Positions 36,039 through 45,030 of a stretch of 64,000 bases of DNA are shown here, piece by piece. The stretch spans positions 30,086 through 94,085 of the forward strand of contig JBGSPH010000059.1 in assembly GCA_041738675.1 (NCBI GenBank), given 5' to 3'. The notes under the pieces are model-generated. The model searched no databases, was not told where the DNA came from, and saw nothing but the letters and a program-made list of their open reading frames with translations. Made by a program: the position numbers and the translations under genes. This stretch comes from Ignavibacteriaceae bacterium (GTDB lineage: Bacteria > Bacteroidota > Ignavibacteria > Ignavibacteriales > Ignavibacteriaceae). Position 1 is the first letter of the stretch, and each line of letters begins with the position of its first letter.

Positions 36039-38435
36039 TTAATTGAAATGTCTGCGTGGATCCCAGAGAGGTTCAAGTTTCTTTTTTGGGGTTGTTCCAG
36101 CAGTTTTATTCGGATCAACTATTTCATTATTTGAGTTTGTGATTGCACCTTCATCAATTTTTGTATTTGCTACTATACCCCCAAATACCTGTTCAACTAT
36201 CTTTAAAGAATCTTCATCAGTATTAATTGCAACTACTGTAGAATCAAATTCTATTTTCTTTAAAGCACTTAAGCTGTCATCAATTGCTTTTTGTATTCTT
36301 ACTTTTTCCTGTTTATATGCTGTAACTTTTTTAGAAACATTTTTTACATAAACACTTTTTGGATACTTTGCTATTAAGGTATCATAAACAGAAGCTGCTG
36401 AATCGGGCATAAACAAATCATTCTCCAGTATCCAGCCAGAAGTGTATAGAGCTTGGGGTGCAATAGTTGATTTTGGATACTCACGGTAAATATTAAAAAA
36501 TTTGTTCAATGACTGAGAGTAATTACCAGAAAGCATCAAATCTTCTGCCGATGCATATTGATCGCTTGCCGGATCAAAATTTAAATCTATGAGTGGTTTA
36601 TTTAGCTTGTCAGCCGCAGCATTAACTATGGATCTACTTTTATAATCGTTATAAATTATTTCAAACAAACTATCAGCTTTTTGTTTTTCATCAATAGTTA
36701 GATAATAACTTCCGAGTGCATATAATGTATTAGGATAATATAATGGCGAGTTATAGTCATCCAATATTTTTTTATAAAGATAGTATGATGAATCCGGCAC
36801 ATCTAAATCTGTTAAAAATAAATTTCCTAACTCAAGTGTATTTTTTGCAAGTACTGTTTTTGCAGAATCAACTGTTATCTTAAGTTTTTGCGGCGGATTC
36901 TTTTTAAACTTAACACTATCTAATTTGATTGTAGATTGTGTACTGTTAAGAATATTTTTCGGGTTTTTAGGGTCCTTAAGTTCTGCAATATGTTTTTGCT
37001 TTAAAGAATCCAACATTCGGTATTTAAGCCCGACTGTATCAGCAGGATTATAAAGTCCAAGATTAATTAGGCTATCTATTTTAACCAAACTATCCCTAAC
37101 AAAAATTGAGTCTTTAATAAAAGTAGAATCTTTAAGATTCGGGTTCTTGCTATACATTGTATCAACTCCCTTCCAAATATCCTGTAGCTCTTTCTGAGCA
37201 AGATAATCCTCAAGAAGTTTTAATGAATCAGCAACATATGCTGATGAATCCCCGGCAAATATTTCGGGATTCTGAGTATAGTAAAGCTGCCTGTCAAATC
37301 TATTAATATCTTTTCTTAGCTTCGAATATTTTGCAAACAGGAGGTTATTGCTTTTTGCTTTATCAAGATATTCTTTGGGTGGATTTGAAGCTGCTGATTT
37401 AGAAAAATAATATCCTGCACTATCATACTTTAAAAATCTGGTTCTATACAGCTCACCCATTTCGAAATTTGATGCAGAAGAAAACGGCGTGTTTTTATAT
37501 GTTGTATCAACCAGGCGAAATTGGCCAAGAGCTTCATTATACTTACCTAACTCAACAAGTGTTTTTCCTATTTCAAAATCAATCTCATTATATGACGGTA
37601 AAAACTTGTCTGCAGTTCTGATATCCTCAAACATTTCTAATGCATTTTCAGTTTGCCCGGCAGTACGTAAAGCAACCGCATATTTAATTGTGGCAATTAT
37701 CTCAAGATCAAAATCAGGTTCATTATCAAAAACTTTTTCATAAGCCAATATTGCATTGTCATTTTCCCCAATTAAAGTGTACATTTTCCCAAGTTCATAA
37801 TAAATCTGTGCTCTAACTACACCATCATCATAAACATCAGCAAATTCATTTGCCAGGCTGATTGCATCTTGATAATCTTCTTCCCTGATCCTATACTTTA
37901 TTTCCTGAACATAAGAGTCTTTTATGATATCCTCATAATCCTCTTCAACAGCTTTAACGCGAACCTCTTTAATAACTCTTAGTGCTTCTGTAAAATCTCT
38001 TAATTCAAACGAATTTTTTGCAATCCACAAATTGGCTTCTGTTATTATTTCATCTTCATCAATATCGGTTGCAAGAAGTTCTTCAAATTTTCTTTTAGAT
38101 TTTTGATAATTACCCTGATAATAAAATGATTTACCGAGCATCATCAATGCTTCATCAACATAGGATGATGTGGCATTGAATTGTAAAATTTTAGAACTTT
38201 TTTCTACAACTTTAACTAATGAGGTTTTAGCATTACCCGGAATTACTAGGGGCTCAGTAGCAAAAAGATCACGTTTCTGCGAGAGGATTTCCAGTTCAGC
38301 ATCCTCATATAAGCTTGCGGTGTTATAGTAGAGATTAAAGTAAGTCGTAAAGTCATTCCAGACCGAGCATCCACCTATTCCAAACAGAAGTAATGATAAT
38401 GAGATAAGTCTGGTGGTTTTGTTTCTAAAATTCAT
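36039..38435 (-). CDS. Large TPR-repeat lipoprotein
   Basis: It has a lipobox (LLLFGIGGCS), followed by many TPR-like A/Y/L-periodic repeats. Length is 798 aa. Confidence 0.65.
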   Translation of the reverse strand: MNFRNKTTRLISLSLLLFGIGGCSVWNDFTTYFNLYYNTASLYEDAELEILSQKRDLFATEPLVIPGNAKTSLVKVVEKSSKILQFNATSSYVDEALMMLGKSFYYQGNYQKSKRKFEELLATDIDEDEIITEANLWIAKNSFELRDFTEALRVIKEVRVKAVEEDYEDIIKDSYVQEIKYRIREEDYQDAISLANEFADVYDDGVVRAQIYYELGKMYTLIGENDNAILAYEKVFDNEPDFDLEIIATIKYAVALRTAGQTENALEMFEDIRTADKFLPSYNEIDFEIGKTLVELGKYNEALGQFRLVDTTYKNTPFSSASNFEMGELYRTRFLKYDSAGYYFSKSAASNPPKEYLDKAKSNNLLFAKYSKLRKDINRFDRQLYYTQNPEIFAGDSSAYVADSLKLLEDYLAQKELQDIWKGVDTMYSKNPNLKDSTFIKDSIFVRDSLVKIDSLINLGLYNPADTVGLKYRMLDSLKQKHIAELKDPKNPKNILNSTQSTIKLDSVKFKKNPPQKLKITVDSAKTVLAKNTLELGNLFLTDLDVPDSSYYLYKKILDDYNSPLYYPNTLYALGSYYLTIDEKQKADSLFEIIYNDYKSRSIVNAAADKLNKPLIDLNFDPASDQYASAEDLMLSGNYSQSLNKFFNIYREYPKSTIAPQALYTSGWILENDLFMPDSAASVYDTLIAKYPKSVYVKNVSKKVTAYKQEKVRIQKAIDDSLSALKKIEFDSTVVAINTDEDSLKIVEQVFGGIVANTKIDEGAITNSNNEIVDPNKTAGTTPKKKLEPLWDPRRHFN

Positions 38436-38607
38436 ATTACAAGCTATTAAACCTTAGTAAAAAGAAAAAGGCATTTTTTTCCCATAGATAAAATGTAAAA
38501 TAAAACAAGAAATGGTTTAGCTAATGGCATAATAAGCAATTTTTAAAAGGCGATCATACAAGCGGGCATAAAATCTAACGATTTTCAATTTACAATTTTT
38601 GTAAAAA

Positions 38608-39687
38608 TTATTTTTTTATATGTGCTAATTCATTACCTACTTTTAATCTAACCAATCCTTCGGATGTTCCTATCCAAAGATTAATTCCATCAAAGTAGAG
38701 AGTCTGGATGTTTGAGGTTGAAATATTTAATTCGTTAAGATCAACGGGTATAACTTTTTTTGTTACACGATTAATTAGATACAATCCTTTACCGTATTCC
38801 GATTTATCATTTTTCTTAAATTCATAAACTCCCGCCCAAATATAATTGCCCGTTCTTGCTAAACAATAAACACCGTTTCCACCAAGCCCGTTAGCTTTAG
38901 AAATTCTATCCCATTTAAGTTTTCTATCCCAAACGTAAATGCCGCCAAGATTATACTCGGGCTGCTCATTAGTTATAAACTCATCAGTTCCAAACCATAT
39001 CTCTTTATTTGTAAAAATAAGATCAGAAACTGAAACCGATTTACCTTCCTGATTAAAATTTCTACCGCTATTCTTAAAATAATTCCAAGCTACCTGATCA
39101 TCAATTTTTTTTCTTGAATTATACTTGTGAACACCAGACTCAGCTCCAAACCAAACAATACTGTCGCCATCAAATGCTATAGTATTAAAGTTATTAGTTT
39201 TTTCATCTTTGTTTATCACACGATTGTAGTCTGTAAATCTATTTGTTTTAACATCAAAAACTGTAACGTTTCTAAATCTGCCAATCCATAATCTGTTCTT
39301 CTTTTCATCAAAGCGTAAACTTCTAATCCAGTTGCCAAATTCGCCGCCCTGTGCAAATTTTCTTTTAGTCCACTTTTTAGTTTTTTTTGAATAGATAAAT
39401 AGACCTTCGCTTGCACCTGCCCAAACAAAATCTTTACTTGCTGCAACACAATGGAAAAGATCGTTTTCAAGGTTTCCGCTTTTGGTAGAAAAGTTTATCC
39501 ACTTGCCATCTTTCATTGAGTATTGATAAACACCCTGTCCATATGTTGCTACCCAAATGGAAGTTCCTTCCTGCTTAATATCTGTAATACGAGCACCTTC
39601 AAGAAAAAGCTGCGATTCGATTTGAGCCAAAGTAATTGATTCGATTAAAATCAGAAATGAAATAACATATTTTATTTTTAAAAACAT
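38608..39687 (-). CDS. Secreted beta-propeller protein with two-component-regulator-propeller-type repeats
   Basis: It has a signal peptide. W-x-G/A-T-x-x-G motifs recur (IWVATYGQGVYQY, VWAGASEGLFIY, LWIGTSEGLVRL). Confidence 0.55.
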   Translation of the reverse strand: MFLKIKYVISFLILIESITLAQIESQLFLEGARITDIKQEGTSIWVATYGQGVYQYSMKDGKWINFSTKSGNLENDLFHCVAASKDFVWAGASEGLFIYSKKTKKWTKRKFAQGGEFGNWIRSLRFDEKKNRLWIGRFRNVTVFDVKTNRFTDYNRVINKDEKTNNFNTIAFDGDSIVWFGAESGVHKYNSRKKIDDQVAWNYFKNSGRNFNQEGKSVSVSDLIFTNKEIWFGTDEFITNEQPEYNLGGIYVWDRKLKWDRISKANGLGGNGVYCLARTGNYIWAGVYEFKKNDKSEYGKGLYLINRVTKKVIPVDLNELNISTSNIQTLYFDGINLWIGTSEGLVRLKVGNELAHIKK

Positions 39688-39744
39688 TATAACCGAAGTT
39701 TGTTTTTTAAGAATGTTTGCAGATAAAGATTTAGAAACTCAACA

Positions 39745-40509
39745 CTATACAATCATCATATTTTCTAAAGATGATTGTTCTATTTCCTCAAAATCAGAAT
39801 TAAAATGATCTTGAAATCCATTAAGAATTGATATACTTAATTTAGCATAGTCAACATCAATATTCAGTGCAGATTTTAAGTCTATGGTTGTTGATGAAAT
39901 TTCATTTAACATTTCATCTCTTTTTTTGTCACTAACATTAAGATAGTTAACTATTCTTTTATGATACTCACCGCAAAGAATAGAACCATGTTGTAATATT
40001 ACATTACCTAATTTTCTTTGAGCACTGCCGACTAATTTTTTGCCGTTATAATTCAATTCGCTTTTTGCAGAAACAGCAAAACAGATTGCACTAATTTCAG
40101 ATTTATAAAACTCTTTAAAATCCGGTTGAGAATGTTCCAAATCAATTGTATTTAATCTTTCATCAAAATTGATAAGACCTTTGCGCAAAGCAAGATTTAT
40201 CTCGTTATAAATATTTTTTGCAGAAGTTGTTGGCTCAATTGGATAAATGACAGAATAAGTAAGTTCTTGCGAATGAAGGATTGCTCTTCCGCCTGTTGGT
40301 CTTTTTACAATATCGATTTGATGATACCTTGTTTTTGAAGTATCTATATCTTCTAAAGATTGATTAGCCCCAAGCGAAATACAATACGGATTCCATCTAT
40401 ACAATCTTAAAACTGCATTACCCTGCACAAAGTTTTCAGCAAGGAATACATCAAAATCCATATTAAATTTTCCGCTATTAACTCCGGAGTTTAGAAATTT
40501 CCAATTCAT
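39745..40509 (-). CDS. Lipoate/octanoate protein ligase family (BPL_LplA_LipB domain) protein
   Basis: It has RPTGGRAILHSQELTYSV and GKKLVGSAQRK (catalytic Lys context). Its start overlaps the lpxA stop by 4 nt. Confidence 0.7.
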   Translation of the reverse strand: MNWKFLNSGVNSGKFNMDFDVFLAENFVQGNAVLRLYRWNPYCISLGANQSLEDIDTSKTRYHQIDIVKRPTGGRAILHSQELTYSVIYPIEPTTSAKNIYNEINLALRKGLINFDERLNTIDLEHSQPDFKEFYKSEISAICFAVSAKSELNYNGKKLVGSAQRKLGNVILQHGSILCGEYHKRIVNYLNVSDKKRDEMLNEISSTTIDLKSALNIDVDYAKLSISILNGFQDHFNSDFEEIEQSSLENMMIV

Positions 40510-41282
40510 CTACCGATAATACCACGATTGCTTTTGCGGATAAATGAAATTATATCTTTAACGTGTTGATTGCCTCCAAGTTCAGCCTCCATTTTAATCA
40601 ATGCCTGGGAAACATTTAGACCTGAATTGTAAAGCATATCATAAGCATTTTTTATAATCTGGATTTCTTCATTGCTAAAACCCCGTCTTCTCAAGCCAAC
40701 TTTATTAAGTCCTTCATACTTAATCGGAAATCTTCCGCTAAGCACAAATGGCGGTACGTCTTTAAGCACAGTGGTATTCGTACCAACCATACAGTGTTTA
40801 CCAACACGACTAAATTGATGCACTCCACTCATTCCACCAATGATTACCCAGTCTTCAATATGAACGTGCCCCGCGATTGTAACACCATTTGCGAATATTA
40901 CATTATCTCCCACAACACAATCATGTGCAACGTGAGAATATGCCATCAACAAACAATTTTTTCCTATGCTAGAATAACCTGTTTCTTTTGTACCTCTGTG
41001 CAATGTTACAAACTCATGTATCACTGTATCATCCCCAACAAAAAACTGAGTGGATTCATTTCCAAATTTAAGATCCTGAGGTCTGTGTGCAACTGATGCA
41101 GCCTGTTTGATCTTTACACGATTACCGATTCGTGCACCATCATACAAAACAGCACTTGGTCCAATTTGGCAATCATTTCCAATCTCAACATCATCTTCAA
41201 TGATTACAAGAGGAGCAATAACATTGTTATCTCCAATTTTTGCTTTACTGCTTACAATTGCAGTAGGATGTATGGTATTCAT
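40506..41282 (-). CDS. lpxA: Acyl-ACP--UDP-N-acetylglucosamine O-acyltransferase
   Basis: It has hexapeptide repeats, the MAYSHVAHDC catalytic His context and a helical C-terminus. It sits in the lpx cluster. Confidence 0.9.
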   Translation of the reverse strand: MNTIHPTAIVSSKAKIGDNNVIAPLVIIEDDVEIGNDCQIGPSAVLYDGARIGNRVKIKQAASVAHRPQDLKFGNESTQFFVGDDTVIHEFVTLHRGTKETGYSSIGKNCLLMAYSHVAHDCVVGDNVIFANGVTIAGHVHIEDWVIIGGMSGVHQFSRVGKHCMVGTNTTVLKDVPPFVLSGRFPIKYEGLNKVGLRRRGFSNEEIQIIKNAYDMLYNSGLNVSQALIKMEAELGGNQHVKDIISFIRKSNRGIIGR

Positions 41283-41284
41283 AA

Positions 41285-42697
41285 TTAATCTTGCACTTTC
41301 TTTGGTCTATCAACGATACCGGCCATAAATTCTGCTTCAGCAACAAGAACATTTTCAACATAAACTTTTCCAGCCATAGTGAAAGTGCTGGATTTCTTTT
41401 GCAGCAATTCAACTTCCAGAAAAAGCTGATCACCTGGAACAACGGTTTTTCTGAACTTCGCTTTATCAATTTTCATAAAGTAAACAAGTTTCTCTTCAAA
41501 ATTAGGTAATGAGTTTAAAAGAAGTATTCCGCCTGTTTGAGCCATCGCTTCGATTAATAAAACACCTGGCATAACAGGTTGCCCAGGGAAATGTCCTGTA
41601 AAAAATGGTTCATTAATTGTTACACACTTGACACCAATCACTTTCTTTTCAACTTCAAGATGAATTATTTTATCAACAAGAAGAAATGGATAACGGTGAG
41701 GAAGTATTCTTTCAATCGCATTTATGTCAAATACAACTCCCTCTTTTTTTACAAATTGAAATTTCTTCACAAGCTTTTTTTGCTGATAAAGTTTTCTAAT
41801 TTGTTTCGCAAACTCAACGTTTGCTTTATGTCCGGGTCTTGCTGCAAGTATCTGGGCTTTAACCGGGGCACCAATAAGTGCTAGATCGCCAATCAAATCA
41901 AGAAGTTTATGTCTTACAGGTTCATTCCTGTATCTCAATTTTTTATTGTTTAGAATTCCATCTTCCCCAAGCACAAATTTTTCTTTTAAACCAATCCTGG
42001 TTCCCAAATTATCCAGCTCAACTTGATTAAGTTGATGATCAACAATTACAACTGCGTTATCAAGATCTCCACCTTTAATCAAACCCTGGTCAGCTAATGC
42101 TTCAACTTCACTTAAAAAGCAAAAAGTTCTCGCAGAAGCAAATTCATTAACAAACTCTTTATCAAGATCAAACATACCTGTATGCTGGCTGCCAAGTGCA
42201 GGATTCTGATAATCAACCATGACTGTAAGTCTGTATTTATCTAAAGGAAGTGCAACGATATCAACTTGCCTGGCTTCATCGGAATAAGTTACGGTCTCAT
42301 CAATTATCAAATAATCTTTAGGTGCATCTTGTTTCTCTATCCCTGCTTCTAACAAAGCATTCACATAAGAAATAGCGCTGCCATCTCCTATCGGTGGTTC
42401 AATACCATCTAACTCTATATTAATATTATCGATTTGCAGTCCAGCGATAGCGGCAAGAACGTGCTCAACAGTGTAAACTTTGGCTTCACCAATCCCAATT
42501 GTTGTGCCGCGGGAAACATCAATGACATTATCTGCCAGTGCAGGAATTTCAGGATTACCCCCAAGATCAACTCTAATAAATTTGATACCCGAATTAATTG
42601 GTGCAGGTTTAAATGTCATTGTACATTGAGTACCTGTATGAAGACCTATTCCGCTTAATGATGTAGGTTTAGATATGGTTCTTTGAAGTTCTATCAT
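41285..42697 (-). CDS. lpxC/fabZ: Bifunctional UDP-3-O-acyl-GlcNAc deacetylase / 3-hydroxyacyl-ACP dehydratase
   Basis: The N-terminal LpxC region has GIGLHTG, TVEHVLAA and HKLLDLIGDL. The C-terminal FabZ region has LPHRYPFLLVD and FFTGHFPGQPVMPGVL. Confidence 0.95.
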   Translation of the reverse strand: MIELQRTISKPTSLSGIGLHTGTQCTMTFKPAPINSGIKFIRVDLGGNPEIPALADNVIDVSRGTTIGIGEAKVYTVEHVLAAIAGLQIDNINIELDGIEPPIGDGSAISYVNALLEAGIEKQDAPKDYLIIDETVTYSDEARQVDIVALPLDKYRLTVMVDYQNPALGSQHTGMFDLDKEFVNEFASARTFCFLSEVEALADQGLIKGGDLDNAVVIVDHQLNQVELDNLGTRIGLKEKFVLGEDGILNNKKLRYRNEPVRHKLLDLIGDLALIGAPVKAQILAARPGHKANVEFAKQIRKLYQQKKLVKKFQFVKKEGVVFDINAIERILPHRYPFLLVDKIIHLEVEKKVIGVKCVTINEPFFTGHFPGQPVMPGVLLIEAMAQTGGILLLNSLPNFEEKLVYFMKIDKAKFRKTVVPGDQLFLEVELLQKKSSTFTMAGKVYVENVLVAEAEFMAGIVDRPKKVQD

Positions 42698-42806
42698 AGT
42701 TGTTCCATTTTTTTATAATATTGATAAAAAAAATAGTAAGATGGTGGACTAAATACAATTGAAGGAAAGTTATTGAAGAAGAAAGGATTGTCAAAAAAAG
42801 CTCAAG

Positions 42807-43844
42807 TTACTTTAAATTTTCTTTTATTTTTTTCAATTCACCTTCAAGTTCAGATATTTTTTTTGAATACTCCGGTAAACTATGGATATGAGCATTAATC
42901 TTTTGTGCAATTTTAATTTCGCGTGCAGGTGAACCCAAATAATAACCGGGTTTCAAAATTGATTTTGAGACTCCTGATTGTGCTGTAATAACAACATTAT
43001 CGCCAATTTCAATATGTCCTACTAGTCCGGATTGTCCGGCAAGAATACAATGCTTTCCAATTTTGGTGCTGCCGGAAATTCCTGTCTGAGCAGAAATAAC
43101 AGTGTCCTCGCCAAGAATTACGTTATGAGCAATCTGAACAAGATTATCTATCTTACAACCCCGTTTAATAATTGTGGAGCCCAGTGCAGCGCGATCAATA
43201 GAAACATTAGAACCGATTTCAACATCGTCTTCAATAATTACATTACCAATTTGTGGAATTTTTTCATACTCGCCTTTATCATTTGGAGTATAGCCAAATC
43301 CATCGCTTCCAACAACGGTGCCTGAATGAATTATTACCTTGCTGCCGAGCAGACAGTTTTCTCTGATGCTAACATTTGCATGAATTAAGCATTTACTGCC
43401 TATCGAAACATTTTCTGAAATTACAGTGTTGTGAAAAATTTTTGTGTTTGCTCCAATTTTGCATCCTGCAGAAATAACTACATTTTTTCCAATTGCAGTA
43501 CTATTTGAAATTTTTGCTGTTGGATGGATAAATGATGAAGGATCAATTCCGTTGAGAGAAAAATCAGGTGCAAAATATTTTTTTAGGACTGTGAAAAAAG
43601 ATTTTTCAGGTGATTCAACTTCTATGTAAGTAATATCATTTCTGGATTTAGAAAATCCTGTTTTTACAATTATAGCAGAAGCCTTTGTAGTGGCAAAATA
43701 TTTTTCAAATGATGGGAGATAAAGAAAAGTTAATTCACCATTTTGCGCATCTTCAATTTTCGCAACATTATAAATATCTAGATTACTATCACCGGATAGA
43801 GTGCCATTAATTAAAGATGCAATTTCCCGGATATTAATCTTCAT
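42807..43844 (-). CDS. lpxD: UDP-3-O-acylglucosamine N-acyltransferase
   Basis: It has a long hexapeptide-repeat core, GSDGFGY and a C-terminal coiled coil. Length is 345 aa. Confidence 0.9.
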   Translation of the reverse strand: MKINIREIASLINGTLSGDSNLDIYNVAKIEDAQNGELTFLYLPSFEKYFATTKASAIIVKTGFSKSRNDITYIEVESPEKSFFTVLKKYFAPDFSLNGIDPSSFIHPTAKISNSTAIGKNVVISAGCKIGANTKIFHNTVISENVSIGSKCLIHANVSIRENCLLGSKVIIHSGTVVGSDGFGYTPNDKGEYEKIPQIGNVIIEDDVEIGSNVSIDRAALGSTIIKRGCKIDNLVQIAHNVILGEDTVISAQTGISGSTKIGKHCILAGQSGLVGHIEIGDNVVITAQSGVSKSILKPGYYLGSPAREIKIAQKINAHIHSLPEYSKKISELEGELKKIKENLK

Positions 43845-43854
43845 TTAATAAAGC

Positions 43855-44367
43855 TTATTTAAGTTTAAGTTTTTCCAGAACCTGAGCAGTTAAATCATAT
43901 TGTTCTTTGGCAAAAAGGATCATAATATCTCCACTTCTATCAAAAACATAATCATAGTCTTCGGCTTCAGCAATTTCTTTTAGTGCACCAAAAATTTTAT
44001 TCTGAACAGGTTTCATCAACTCATCTTGTTTTTGAAACAACTCACCGTTAGTACCAAATTTCTTTTCTCGATACTGAGCGATCTGAGTTTCTAACTGAAC
44101 AAGTGCCGCTTCAGTTTCAGCCCGAGTTTGATCTGTCATTATTAATTTTCGTTTCTCATAATCATCATACTTTACTTTCCACTCATTCTCAAGCTTATTA
44201 AGTTCTGTTTGCCACTCTTGTATCGATGCATCAAGTTTTTGTCTTGCATCCAGCACGTCGGGTAGATTATCCATAATTGCATCGGAATCAATATAACCAA
44301 TTTTAAGTTGTGCAAAAGAAATTGCAGATGAGATTATTAGAAATGAAATAACAAGTAACTTTTTCAT
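43855..44367 (-). CDS. OmpH/Skp-family periplasmic chaperone (copy 2)
   Basis: It has a signal peptide and LKIGYIDSDAIM, followed by a coiled-coil-rich region. Length is 170 aa. Confidence 0.8.
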   Translation of the reverse strand: MKKLLVISFLIISSAISFAQLKIGYIDSDAIMDNLPDVLDARQKLDASIQEWQTELNKLENEWKVKYDDYEKRKLIMTDQTRAETEAALVQLETQIAQYREKKFGTNGELFQKQDELMKPVQNKIFGALKEIAEAEDYDYVFDRSGDIMILFAKEQYDLTAQVLEKLKLK

Positions 44368-44409
44368 TGAAGATCCTATTGTTTGATTTTACTTAATCAA
44401 AAAATGATA

Positions 44410-44452
44410 AATAAAAAAATAAAGTTCTCCCCAAAAATACATGGGGAGAACT
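44410..44452 (-). terminator. Rho-independent terminator between the two skp paralogs
   Basis: The minus strand reads AGTTCTCCCC-atgtattttt-GGGGAGAACT, followed by TTATTTTTTTATTT. Confidence 0.65.
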
Positions 44453-44471
44453 GAGCAAACTTAAAAACTAT

Positions 44472-44996
44472 TTAGTTCCCTCTTTTTAAACGATCCAAAA
44501 CTTTGAATGTGATATCAAAAGATGAATCAGCATACAGAAGAATTATATCCCCGCTTTTGTCAAATACAAATTGCATGTTTTCTTCTTTAGAAACTTTTTC
44601 GATAGAAGCATAAATTTTTGCTTTGATTGGAGCAAAAAGTTCTTCTTGTTTCTTATAGATTTCGCCAGTGCCTTGTGTAAACTTTGCTCTTCTGAATTCC
44701 ATAATATCCTGTTCCATCTTAACAATTTTCTGCTGGGATTCAGTTTTTTTAGCTTCATTCATTGTTTCAGCTTGCTTTTGGTAATCAGCGATTGATTGCT
44801 GATAAGCCAATGTCATCGAATCCAATTGAGCTGACCATTTATTTGTAAGTGCATCTAGGTCACCCTGAGCTTTGATGGATTCTGAGAATTGGGTTAAGAT
44901 TACCTCAGAATCAACATAACCAATTTTTAACTGTGTCTGTGCAAATGAAGTAAAGCCCAACACTAAAAATGATAAGACTAAAATATAACTTTTCAC
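44472..44996 (-). CDS. OmpH/Skp-family periplasmic chaperone (copy 1)
   Basis: It has a signal peptide and LKIGYVDSEVIL, followed by a coiled-coil-rich region. Length is 174 aa. Confidence 0.8.
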   Translation of the reverse strand: MKSYILVLSFLVLGFTSFAQTQLKIGYVDSEVILTQFSESIKAQGDLDALTNKWSAQLDSMTLAYQQSIADYQKQAETMNEAKKTESQQKIVKMEQDIMEFRRAKFTQGTGEIYKKQEELFAPIKAKIYASIEKVSKEENMQFVFDKSGDIILLYADSSFDITFKVLDRLKRGN

Positions 44997-45030
44997 TATT
45001 TTCCTCGTTCTTTATGATTGTACAAATTAT

